Origin: Eledone cirrhosa
Taxonomy: Eukaryota
Direction of reading: 5' to 3'
DNA: 64,000 bases
NCBI GenBank assembly: GCA_964016885.1
Contig: OZ024746.1
Coordinates: 52,700,001-52,764,000, forward strand
The translations under genes were made by a program, and so were the position numbers. Shown here in pieces: positions 40,561-52,860 of the stretch. Under the pieces are notes generated by a model. It was not told where the DNA came from, ran no database searches, and saw nothing but the letters and a program-made list of their open reading frames with translations. How positions within the stretch are numbered: the first letter of the stretch is position 1; every line of letters starts with the position of its first letter.

Positions 40561-43500
40561 TGTGATGGTAGTTTTGTTGTTGTTATTGTAGTTAGAGGTT
40601 GCTGTGATGGTAGTGTTGTTGTTGTGGTTATTGTAGTTAGTGGTTGCTATGATGGTAGTGATGTTGTTGTTATTGTAGCTAGTGGTTGCTGTGATGGTAG
40701 TGTTGTTGTTGTTATTGTAGCTAGTGGTTGCTGTGATGGTAGTGTTGTTGTTGTTATTCTAGTTAGTGGTTGCTGTGATGGTAGTGTTGTTGTTGTGGTT
40801 ATTGTAGTTAGTGGTTGCTATGATGGTAGTGATGTTGTTGTTATTGTAGCTAGTGGTTGCTGTGTTGGTAGTGTTGTTGTTGTTATTGTAGTTAGTGGTT
40901 GCTATGATGGTAGTGATGTTGTTGTTATTGTAGCTAGTGGTTGCTGTGTTGGTAGTGTTGTTGTTGTTATTGTAGTTAGTGGTTGCTATGCTGGTAGTGT
41001 TGTTGTTGTTATTGTAGCTAGTGGTTGCTGTGATGGTAGTGTTTTTGTTGTTATTGTAGTTAGTGGTTTCTGTGATGGTAGTGTTGTTGTTGTTGTTATT
41101 GTAGTTAGAGGTTGCTGAGATGGTAGTGTTGTTGTTGTTGTTATTGTAGTTAGTGGTTTCTGTGATGGTAGTGTTGTTGTTGTTATTGTAGTTAGTGGTT
41201 GCTGAGATGGTAGTGTTGTTGTTGTTGTTATTGTAGTGAGAGGTTGCTGTGATGGTAGTGTTGTTGTTGTTGTTATTGTAGTTAGTGGTTTCTGTGATGG
41301 TAGTGTTGTTGTTGTTATTGTAGTTATTGTTTGCTGAGATAGTAGTGTTGTTGTTGTTATTGTAGTTAGTGGTTTCTGTGATGGTAGTGTTGTTGTTGTT
41401 GTTATTGTAGTTAGTGGTTGCTGTGATGGTAGTGTTGTTGTTGTTATTGTAGTTAGTGGTTGCTGAGATGGTAGTGTTGTTGTTGTTGTTATAGGTAGTT
41501 AGTGGTTGCTGAGATGGTAGTGTTGTTGTTGTTGTTATTGTAGTTAGTGGTTTCTGTGATGGTAGTGTTGTTGTTGTTGTTATTGTAGTTAAAGGTTGCT
41601 GTGATGGTAGTGTTGTTGTTGTTATTCTAGTTAGTGGTTGCTGTGATGGTAGTGTTGTTGTTGTTGTTATTGTAGTTAGTGGTTTCTGTGATGGTAGTGT
41701 TGTTGTTGTTATTGTAGTTAGTGGTTGCTGTGATGGTAGTGTTGTTGTTGTTGTTATTGTAGTTAGTGATTTCTGTGATGGTAGTGTTGTTGTTGTTATT
41801 GTAGTTAGTGGTTGCTGAGATGGTTGTGTTGTTGTTGTTATTGTAGTTAGTGGTTGCTGAGATGGTAGTGTTGTTGTTGTTGTTATTGTAGTTAGAGTTT
41901 GCTGAGATGGTAGTATTGTTGTTGTTGTTATTGTAGTTAGTGGTTGCTGTGATGGTAGTGTTGTTGTTGTTGTTATTGTAGTTAGTGGTTGCTGTGATGG
42001 TAGTGTTGTTGTTGCTATTGTAGTTAGTGGTTGCTGAGATGGTAGTGTTGTTGTTGTTGTTATTGTAGTTAGTGGTTGCAGAGATGGTAGTGTTGTTGTT
42101 GTTGTTATTCTAGTTAGTGGTTGCTGTGATGGTAGTGTTGTTGTTGTTGTTATTGTAGTTAGTGGTTTTTGTGATGGTAGTGTTGTTGTTGTTGTTATTC
42201 TAGTTAGTGCTTGCTGTGATGGTAGTGTTGTTGTTGTTGTTATTGTAGTTAGTGGTTTCTGTGATGGTAGTGTTGTTGTTGTTATTGTAGTTAGTGGTTG
42301 CTGAGATGGTAGTGTTTTTGTTGTTGTTATTGTAGTTAGTGGTTGCTGTGATGGTAGTGTTGTTGTTGTTGTTATTGTAGTTAGTTTTTTTCTGTGATGG
42401 TAGTGTTGTTGTTGTTGTTATTGTAGTTAGTGGTTGCTGAGATAATAGTGTTGTTGTTGTTATTGTAGTTAGTGGTTGCTGAGATGGTAGTGTTGTTGTT
42501 GTTGTTGTTATTGTAGTTAGTGGTTGCTGAGATGGTAGTGTTGTCGTTGTTGTTATTGTAGTTAGTGGTTGCTGTGATGGTAGTGTTGTTGTTGTTGTTA
42601 TTGTAGTTAGAGGTTGCTGAGATGGTAGTGTTGTCGTTGTTGTTATTGTAGTTAGTGGTTGCTGAGATGGTAGTGTTGTTGTTGTTGTTATTGTAGTTAG
42701 AGGTTGCTGAGATGGTAGTGTTGTTGTTGTTATTCTAGTTAGTGGTTGCTGTGATGGTAGTGTTGTTGTTATTATTGTAGTTAGAGGTTGCTGAGATGGT
42801 AGTGTTGTTGTTGTTATTCTAGTTAGTGGTTGCTGTGATGGTAGTGTTGTTGTTGTTGTTATTGTAGTTAGTGGTTTCTGTGATGGTAGTGTTGTTGTTG
42901 TTGTTACTATAGTTAGTGGTTTCTGTGATGGTAGTGTTGTTGTTGTTATTCTAGTTAGTGGTTGCTGTGATGGTAGTGTTGGTGTTATTATTGTAGTTAG
43001 AGCTTGCTGAGATGGTAGTGTTGTTGTTGTTGTTATTGTAGTTAGAGGTTGCTGTGATGGTAGTGTTGTTGTTGTTGTTATTGTAGTTAGTGGTTTCTGT
43101 GATGGTAGTGTTGTTGTTGTTGTTATTGTAGTTAGTGGTTGCTGAGATAATAGTGTTGTTGTTGTTGTTATTGTAGTTAGTGGTTGCTGAGATGGTAGTG
43201 TTGTTGTTGTTGTTATTGTAGTTAGTGGTTGCTGAGATGGTAGTGTTGTTGTTGTTGTTATTGTAGTTAGTGGTTTTTGTGATGGTAGTGTTGTTGTTGT
43301 TGTTATTGTAGTTAGTGGTTGCTGAGATGGTAGTGTTGTTGTTGTTGTTATTGTAGTTAGTGGTTTTTGTGATGGTAGTGTTGTTGTTGTTGTTATTGTA
43401 GTTAGTGGTTGCTGTGATGGTAGTGTTGTTGTTGTTATTGTAGTTAGTGGTTGCTGAGATGGTAGTGTTGTTGTTGTTGTTATTGTAGTTAGTGGTTTTT

Positions 43501-46500
43501 GTGATGGTAGTGTTGTTGTTGTTGTTATTGTAGTTAGTGGTTGCTGTGATGGTAGTGTTGTTGTTGTTATTGTAGTTAGTGGTTGCTGAGATGGTAGTGT
43601 TGTTGTTGTTATTGTAGTTAGAGGTTGCTGTGATGGTAGTGTTGTTGTTGTTGTTATTGTAGTCAGTGGTTGCTGAGATAATAGTGTTGTTGTTGTTGTT
43701 ATTGTAGTTAGTGGTTGCTGAGATGGTAGTGTTGTTGTTGTTATTGTAGTTAGTGGTTGCTGAGATGGTAGTGTTGTTGTTGTTGTTATTGTAGTTAGTG
43801 GTTTCTGTGATGGTAGTGTTGTTGTTGTTGTTGTTATTGTAGTTAGTGGTTGCTGAGATAATAGTGTTGTTGTTGTTGTTATTGTAGTTAGTGGTTGCTG
43901 AGATGGTAGTGTTGTTGTTGTTGTTATCGTAGTTAGTGGTTTCTGTGATGGTAGTGTTGTTGTTGTTGTTATTGTAGTTAGTGGTTGTGTGATGGTAGTG
44001 TTGTTGTTGTTATTGTAGTTAGTGGTTTCTGTGATGGTAGTGTTGTTGTTGTTGTTATTGTAGTTAGTGGTTGCTGAGATAATAGTGTTGTTGTTGTTGT
44101 TATTGTAGTTAGTGGTTGCTGAGATGGTAGTGTTGTTGTTGTTGTTATTGTAGTTAGTGGTTGCTGAGATGGTAGTGTTGTTGTTGTTGTTATTGTAGTT
44201 AGTGGTTTCTGTGATGGTAGTGTTGTTGTTGTTGTTATTGTAGTTAGTGGTTGCTGTGATGGTAGTGTTGTTGTTGTTATTGTAGTTAGTGGTTGCTGAG
44301 ATGGTAGTCTTGTTGTTGTTGTTGTTGTAGTTAGTGGTTGCTGAGATGGTAGTGTTGTTGTTGCTGTTATTGTAGTTAGTGGTTTCTGTGATGGTAGTGT
44401 TGTTGTTGTTGTTATTGTAGTTAGTGGTTGCTGTGATGGTAGTGTTGTTGTTGTTATTCTAGTTAGTGGTTGCTGTGATGGTAGTGTTGTTGTTGTTGGC
44501 ATTGTAGTTAGTGGTTTCTGTGATGGTAGTGTTGTTGTTGTTATTGTAGTTAGTGGTTGCTGAGATGGTAGTGTTGTTGTTGTGGTTATTGTAGTTAGTG
44601 GTTGCTGAGATGGTAGTGTTGTTGTTGTTATTGTAGCTAGTGGTTGCTGTGATGGTAGTTTTGTTGTTGTTATTGTAGTTAGTGGTTGCTATGATGGTAG
44701 TGTTGTTGTTGTTATTGTAGCTAGTGGTTGCTGTGATGGTAGTGTTTTTGTTGTTATTGTAGTTAGTGGTTTCTGTGATGGTAGTGTTGTTGTTGTTGTT
44801 ATTGTAGTTAGAGGTTGCTGTGATGGTAGTGTTGTTGTTGTTGTTATTGTAGTTAGTGGTTGCTGGGATAATAGTGTTGTTGTTGTTGTTATTGTAGTTA
44901 GTGGTTGCTGAGATGGTAGTGTTGTTGTTGTTGTTATTGTAGTTAGTGGTTGCTGAGATGGTAGTGTTGTTGTTGTTGTTATTGTAGTTAGTGGTTTCTG
45001 TGATGGTAGTGTTGTTGTTGTTATTGTAGTTAGTGGTTGCTGAGATGGTAGTCTTGTTGTTGTTGTTATTGTAGTTAGTGGTTGCTGTGATGGTAGTGTT
45101 GTTGTTGTTATTGTAGTTAGTGGTTGCTGAGATGGTAGTCTTGTTGTTGTTGTTATTGTAGTTAGTGGTTGCTGAGATGGTAGTGTTGTTGTTGCTGTTA
45201 TTGTAGTTAGTGGTTTCTGTGATGGTAGTGTTGTTGTTGTTGTTATTGTAGTTAGTGGTTGCTGTGATGGTAGTGTTGTTGTTGTTGTTATTGTAGTTAG
45301 TGGTTTCTGTGATGGTAGTGTTGTTGTTGTTGTTATTGTAGTTAGTGGTTGCTGTGATGGTAGTGTTGTTGTTGTTATTCTAGTTAGTGGTTGCTGTGAT
45401 GGTAGTGTTGTTGTTGTTGTTATTGTAGTTAGTGGTTTCTGTGATGGTAGTGTTGTTGTTGTTATTGTAGTTAGTGGTTGCTGAGATGGTAGTGTTGTTG
45501 TTGTGGTTATTGTAGTTAGTGGTTGCTGAGATGGTAGTGTTGTTGTTGTTATTGTAGCTAGTGGTTGCTGTGATGGTAGTTTTGTTGTTGTTATTGTAGT
45601 TAGAGGTTGCTGTGATGGTAGTGTTGTTGTTGTTATTCTAGTTAGTGGTTGCTGTGATGGTAGTGTTGTTGTTGTGGTTATTGTAGTTAGTGGTTGCTAT
45701 GATGGTAGTGATGTTGTTGTTATTGTAGCTAGTGGTTGCTGTGTTGGTAGTGTTGTTGTTGTTATTGTAGTTAGTGGTTGCTATGATGGTAGTGATGTTG
45801 TTGTTATTGTAGCTAGTGGTTGCTGTGTTGGTAGTGTTGTTGTTGTTATTGTAGTTAGTGGTTTCTGTGATGGTAGTGTTGTTGTTGTTGTTATTGTAGT
45901 TAGAGGTTGCTGAGATGGTAGTGTTGTTGTTGTTGTTATTGTAGTTAGTGGTTTCTGTGATGGTAGTGTTGTTGTTGTTATTGTAGTTAGTGGTTGCTGA
46001 GATGGTAGTGTTGTTGTTGTTGTTATTGTAGTGAGAGGTTGCTGTGATGGTAGTGTTGTTGTTGTTGTTATTGTAGTTAGTGGTTTCTGTGATGGTAGTG
46101 TTGTTGTTGTTATTGTAGTTATTGTTTGCTGAGATAGTAGTGTTGTTGTTGTTATTGTAGTTAGTGGTTTCTGTGATGGTAGTGTTGTTGTTGTTGTTAT
46201 TGTAGTTAGTGGTTGCTGTGATGGTAGTGTTGTTGTTGTTATTGTAGTTAGTGGTTGCTGAGATGGTAGTGTTGTTGTTGTTGTTATAGGTAGTTAGTGG
46301 TTGCTGAGATGGTAGTGTTGTTGTTGTTGTTATTGTAGTTAGTGGTTTCTGTGATGGTAGTGTTGTTGTTGTTGTTATTGTAGTTAAAGGTTGCTGTGAT
46401 GGTAGTGTTGTTGTTGTTATTCTAGTTAGTGGTTACTGTGATGGTAGTGTTGTTGTTGTTGTTATTGTAGTTAGTGGTTTCTGTGATGGTAGTGTTGTTG

Positions 46501-47079
46501 TTGTTATTGTAGTTAGTGGTTGCTGTGATGGTAGTGTTGTTGTTGTTGTTATTGTAGTTAGTGGTTTCTGTGATGGTAGTGTTATTGTTGTTATTGTAGT
46601 TAGTGGTTGCTGAGATGGTTGTGTTGTTGTTGTTATTGTAGTTAGTGGTTGCTGAGATGGTAGTGTTGTTGTTGTTGTTATTGTAGTTAGAGTTTGCTGA
46701 GATGGTAGTATTGTTGTTGTTGTTATTGTAGTTAGTGGTTGCTGTGATGGTAGTGTTGTTGTTGTTGTTATTGTAGTTAGTGGTTGCTGTGATGGTAGTG
46801 TTGTTGTTGCTATTGTAGCTAGTGGTTGCTGAGATGGTAGTGTTGTTGTTGTTGTTATTGTAGTTAGTGGTTGCAGAGATGGTAGTGTTGTTGTTGTTGT
46901 TATTCTAGTTAGTGGTTGCTGTGATGGTAGTGTTGTTGTTGTTGTTATTGTAGTTAAAGGTTGCTGTGATGGTAGTGTTGTTGTTGTTATTCTAGTTAGT
47001 GGTTGCTGTGATGGTAGTGTTGTTGTTGTTGTTATTGTAGTTAGTGGTTGCTGTGATGGTAGTGTTGTTGTTGTTATTG

Positions 47080-50000
47080 TAGTTAGTGGTTGCTGAGATG
47101 GTAGTGTTGTTGTTGTTGTTATTGTAGTTAGTGGTTTTTGTGATGGTAGTGTTGTTGTTGTTGTTATTGTAGTTAGTGGTTGCTGTGATGGTAGTGTTGT
47201 TGTTGTTATTGTAGTTAGTGGTTGCTGAGATGGTAGTGTTGTTGTTGTTATTGTAGTTAGAGGTTGCTGTGATGGTAGTGTTGTTGTTGTTGTTATTGTA
47301 GTCAGTGGTTGCTGAGATAATAGTGTTGTTGTTGTTGTTATTGTAGTTAGTGGTTGCTGAGATGGTAGTGTTGTTGTTGTTATTGTAGTTAGTGGTTGCT
47401 GAGATGGTAGTGTTGTTGTTGTTGTTATTGTAGTTAGTGGTTTCTGTGATGGTAGTGTTGTTGTTGTTGTTGTTATTGTAGTTAGTGGTTGCTGAGATAA
47501 TAGTGTTGTTGTTGTTGTTATTGTAGTTAGTGGTTGCTGAGATGGTAGTGTTGTTGTTGTTGTTATCGTAGTTAGTGGTTTCTGTGATGGTAGTGTTGTT
47601 GTTGTTGTTATTGTAGTTAGTGGTTGCTGTGATGGTAGTGTTGTTGTTGTTATTGTAGTTAGTGGTTTCTGTGATGGTAGTGTTGTTGTTGTTGTTATTG
47701 TAGTTAGTGGTTGCTGAGATAATAGTGTTGTTGTTGTTGTTATTGTAGTTAGTGGTTGCTGAGATGGTAGTGTTGTTGTTGTTGTTATTGTAGTTAGTGG
47801 TTGCTGAGATGGTAGTGTTGTTGTTGTTGTTATTGTAGTTAGTGGTTTCTGTGATGGTAGTGTTGTTGTTGTTGTTATTGTAGTTAGTGGTTGCTGTGAT
47901 GGTAGTGTTGTTGTTGTTATTGTAGTTAGTGGTTGCTGAGATGGTAGTCTTGTTGTTGTTGTTATTGTAGTTAGTGGTTGCTGAGATGGTAGTGTTGTTG
48001 TTGCTGTTATTGTAGTTAGTGGTTTCTGTGATGGTAGTGTTGTTGTTGTTGTTATTGTAGTTAGTGGTTGCTGTGATGGTAGTGTTGTTGTTGTTATTCT
48101 AGTTAGTGGTTGCTGTGATGGTAGTGTTGTTGTTGTTGGCATTGTAGTTAGTGGTTTCTGTGATGGTAGTGTTGTTGTTGTTATTGTAGTTAGTGGTTGC
48201 TGAGATGGTAGTGTTGTTGTTGTGGTTATTGTAGTTAGTGGTTGCTGAGATGGTAGTGTTGTTGTTGTTATTGTAGCTAGTGGTTGCTGTGATGGTAGTT
48301 TTGTTGTTGTTATTGTAGTTAGTGGTTGCTATGATGGTAGTGATGTTGTTGTTATTGTAGCTAGTGGTTGCTGTGTTGGTAGTGTTGTTGTTGTTATTGT
48401 AGTTAGTGGTTGCTATGCTGGTAGTGTTGTTGTTGTTATTGTAGCTAGTGGTTGCTGTGATGGTAGTGTTTTTGTTGTTATTGTAGTTAGTGGTTTCTGT
48501 GATGGTAGTGTTGTTGTTGTTGTTATTGTAGTTAGAGGTTGCTGTGATGGTAGTGTTGTTGTTGTTGTTATTGTAGTTAGTGGTTGCTGAGATAATAGTG
48601 TTGTTGTTGTTGTTATTGTAGTTAGTGGTTGCTGAGATGGTAGTGTTGTTGTTGTTGTTATTGTAGTTAGTGGTTGCTGAGATGGTAGTGTTGTTGTTGT
48701 TGTTATTGTAGTTAGTGGTTTCTGTGATGGTAGTGTTGTTGTTGTTGTTATTGTAGTTAGTGGTTGCTGTGATGGTAGTGTTGTTGTTGTTATTGTAGTT
48801 GGTTGCTGAGATGGTAGTCTTGTTGTTGTTGTTATTGTAGTTAGTGGTTGCTGAGATGGTAGTGTTGTTGTTGCTGTTATTGTAGTTAGTGGTTTCTGTG
48901 ATGGTAGTGTTGTTGTTGTTGTTATTGTAGTTAGTGGTTGCTGTGATGGTAGTGTTGTTGTTGTTATTCTAGTTAGTGGTTGCTGTGATGGTAGTGTTGT
49001 TGTTGTTGTTATTGTAGTTAGTGGTTTCTGTGATGGTAGTGTTGTTGTTGTTATTGTAGTTAGTGGTTGCTGAGATGGTAGTGTTGTTGTTGTGGTTATT
49101 GTAGTTAGTGGTTGCTGAGATGGTAGTGTTGTTGTTGTTATTGTAGCTAGTGGTTGCTGTGATGGTAGTTTTGTTGTTGTTATTGTAGTTAGAGGTTGCT
49201 GTGATGGTAGTGTTGTTGTTGTTATTCTAGTTAGTGGTTGCTGTGATGGTAGTGTTGTTGTTGTGGTTATTGTAGTTAGTGGTTGCTATGATGGTAGTGA
49301 TGTTGTTGTTATTGTAGCTAGTGGTTGCTGTGTTGGTAGTGTTGTTGTTGTTATTGTAGTTAGTGGTTGCTATGATGGTAGTGATGTTGTTGTTATTGTA
49401 GCTAGTGGTTGCTGTGTTGGTAGTGTTGTTGTTGTTATTGTAGTTAGTGGTTGCTATGCTGGTAGTGTTGTTGTTGTTATTGTAGCTAGTGGTTGCTGTG
49501 ATGGTAGTGTTTTTGTTGTTATTGTAGTTAGTGGTTTCTGTGATGGTAGTGTTGTTGTTGTTGTTATTGTAGTTAGAGGTTGCTGAGATGGTAGTGTTGT
49601 TGTTGTTGTTATTGTAGTTAGTGGTTTCTGTGATGGTAGTGTTGTTGTTGTTATTGTAGTTAGTGGTTGCTGAGATGGTAGTGTTGTTGTTGTTGTTATT
49701 GTAGTGAGAGGTTGCTGTGATGGTAGTGTTGTTGTTGTTGTTATTGTAGTTAGTGGTTTCTGTGATGGTAGTGTTGTTGTTGTTATTGTAGTTATTGTTT
49801 GCTGAGATAGTAGTGTTGTTGTTGTTATTGTAGTTAGTGGTTTCTGTGATGGTAGTGTTGTTGTTGTTGTTATTGTAGTTAGTGGTTGCTGTGATGGTAG
49901 TGTTGTTGTTGTTATTGTAGTTAGTGGTTGCTGAGATGGTAGTGTTGTTGTTGTTGTTATAGGTAGTTAGTGGTTGCTGAGATGGTAGTGTTGTTGTTGT

Positions 50001-52860
50001 TGTTATTGTAGTTAGTGGTTTTTGTGATGGTAGTGTTGTTGTTGTTGTTATTGTAGTTAGTGGTTGCTGTGATGGTAGTGTTGTTGTTGTTATTGTAGTT
50101 AGTGGTTGCTGAGATGGTAGTGTTGTTGTTGTTATTGTAGTTAGAGGTTGCTGTGATGGTAGTGTTGTTGTTGTTGTTATTGTAGTCAGTGGTTGCTGAG
50201 ATAATAGTGTTGTTGTTGTTGTTATTGTAGTTAGTGGTTGCTGAGATGGTAGTGTTGTTGTTGTTATTGTAGTTAGTGGTTGCTGAGATGGTAGTGTTGT
50301 TGTTGTTGTTATTGTAGTTAGTGGTTTCTGTGATGGTAGTGTTGTTGTTGTTGTTGTTATTGTAGTTAGTGGTTGCTGAGATAATAGTGTTGTTGTTGTT
50401 GTTATTGTAGTTAGTGGTTGCTGAGATGGTAGTGTTGTTGTTGTTGTTATCGTAGTTAGTGGTTTCTGTGATGGTAGTGTTGTTGTTGTTGTTATTGTAG
50501 TTAGTGGTTGCTGTGATGGTAGTGTTGTTGTTGTTATTGTAGTTAGTGGTTTCTGTGATGGTAGTGTTGTTGTTGTTGTTATTGTAGTTAGTGGTTGCTG
50601 AGATAATAGTGTTGTTGTTGTTGTTATTGTAGTTAGTGGTTGCTGAGATGGTAGTGTTGTTGTTGTTGTTATTGTAGTTAGTGGTTGCTGAGATGGTAGT
50701 GTTGTTGTTGTTGTTATTGTAGTTAGTGGTTTCTGTGATGGTAGTGTTGTTGTTGTTGTTATTGTAGTTAGTGGTTGCTGTGATGGTAGTGTTGTTGTTG
50801 TTATTGTAGTTAGTGGTTGCTGAGATGGTAGTCTTGTTGTTGTTGTTATTGTAGTTAGTGGTTGCTGAGATGGTAGTGTTGTTGTTGCTGTTATTGTAGT
50901 TAGTGGTTTCTGTGATGGTAGTGTTGTTGTTGTTGTTATTGTAGTTAGTGGTTGCTGTGATGGTAGTGTTGTTGTTGTTATTCTAGTTAGTGGTTGCTGT
51001 GATGGTAGTGTTGTTGTTGTTGGCATTGTAGTTAGTGGTTTCTGTGATGGTAGTGTTGTTGTTGTTATTGTAGTTAGTGGTTGCTGAGATGGTAGTGTTG
51101 TTGTTGTGGTTATTGTAGTTAGTGGTTGCTGAGATGGTAGTGTTGTTGTTGTTATTGTAGCTAGTGGTTGCTGTGATGGTAGTTTTGTTGTTGTTATTGT
51201 AGTTAGTGGTTGCTATGATGGTAGTGATGTTGTTGTTATTGTAGCTAGTGGTTGCTGTGTTGGTAGTGTTGTTGTTGTTATTGTAGTTAGTGGTTGCTAT
51301 GCTGGTAGTGTTGTTGTTGTTATTGTAGCTAGTGGTTGCTGTGATGGTAGTGTTTTTGTTGTTATTGTAGTTAGTGGTTTCTGTGATGGTAGTGTTGTTG
51401 TTGTTGTTATTGTAGTTAGAGGTTGCTGTGATGGTAGTGTTGTTGTTGTTGTTATTGTAGTTAGTGGTTGCTGAGATAATAGTGTTGTTGTTGTTGTTAT
51501 TGTAGTTAGTGGTTGCTGAGATGGTAGTGTTGTTGTTGTTGTTATTGTAGTTAGTGGTTGCTGAGATGGTAGTGTTGTTGTTGTTGTTATTGTAGTTAGT
51601 GGTTTCTGTGATGGTAGTGTTGTTGTTGTTGTTATTGTAGTTAGTGGTTGCTGTGATGGTAGTGTTGTTGTTGTTATTGTAGTTAGTGGTTGCTGAGATG
51701 GTAGTCTTGTTGTTGTTGTTATTGTAGTTAGTGGTTGCTGAGATGGTAGTGTTGTTGTTGCTGTTATTGTAGTTAGTGGTTTCTGTGATGGTAGTGTTGT
51801 TGTTGTTGTTATTGTAGTTAGTGGTTGCTGTGATGGTAGTGTTGTTGTTGTTATTCTAGTTAGTGGTTGCTGTGATGGTAGTGTTGTTGTTGTTGTTATT
51901 GTAGTTAGTGGTTTCTGTGATGGTAGTGTTGTTGTTGTTATTGTAGTTAGTGGTTGCTGAGATGGTAGTGTTGTTGTTGTGGTTATTGTAGTTAGTGGTT
52001 GCTGAGATGGTAGTGTTGTTGTTGTTATTGTAGCTAGTGGTTGCTGTGATGGTAGTGTTGTTGTTGTTATTGTAGTTAGAGGTTGCTGTGATGGTAGTGT
52101 TGTTGTTGTTATTCTAGTTAGTGGTTGCTGTGATGGTAGTGTTGTTGTTGTGGTTATTGTAGTTAGTGGTTGCTATGATGGTAGTGATGTTGTTGTTATT
52201 GTAGCTAGTGGTTGCTGTGTTGGTAGTGTTGTTGTTGTTATTGTAGTTAGTGGTTGCTATGATGGTAGTGATGTTGTTGTTATTGTAGCTAGTGGTTGCT
52301 GTGTTGGTAGTGTTGTTGTTGTTATTGTAGTTAGTGGTTGCTATGCTGGTAGTGTTGTTGTTGTTATTGTAGCTAGTGGTTGCTGTGATGGTAGTGTTTT
52401 TGTTGTTATTGTAGTTAGTGGTTTCTGTGATGGTAGTGTTGTTGTTGTTGTTATTGTAGTTAGAGGTTGCTGAGATGGTAGTGTTGTTGTTGTTGTTATT
52501 GTAGTTAGTGGTTTCTGTGATGGTAGTGTTGTTGTTGTTATTGTAGTTAGTGGTTGCTGAGATGGTAGTGTTGTTGTTGTTGTTATTGTAGTGAGAGGTT
52601 GCTGTGATGGTAGTGTTGTTGTTGTTGTTATTGTAGTTAGTGGTTTCTGTGATGGTAGTGTTGTTGTTGTTATTGTAGTTATTGTTTGCTGAGATAGTAG
52701 TGTTGTTGTTGTTATTGTAGTTAGTGGTTTCTGTGATGGTAGTGTTGTTGTTGTTGTTATTGTAGTTAGTGGTTGCTGTGATGGTAGTGTTGTTGTTGTT
52801 ATTGTAGTTAGTGGTTGCTGAGATGGTAGTGTTGTTGTTGTTGTTATAGGTAGTTAGTGG
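47080..52860. repeat. Tandem higher-order duplication, period 2884-2887 bp (2 copies)
   Basis: GGCATT (- strand ATG) at 48142/51026 is offset 2884. Identical + ORFs at 49263/52150 and ATAGGTAG at 49959/52846 are offset 2887. The 3-bp difference is a missing AGT near 48800. Confidence 0.92.

Noticed and set aside
27690-43990. Single-occurrence 1-bp indels near 27706, 28847 and 43987
   Set aside because: Each was seen only once and not in paralogous blocks, so they cannot be told apart from sequencing or consensus error.
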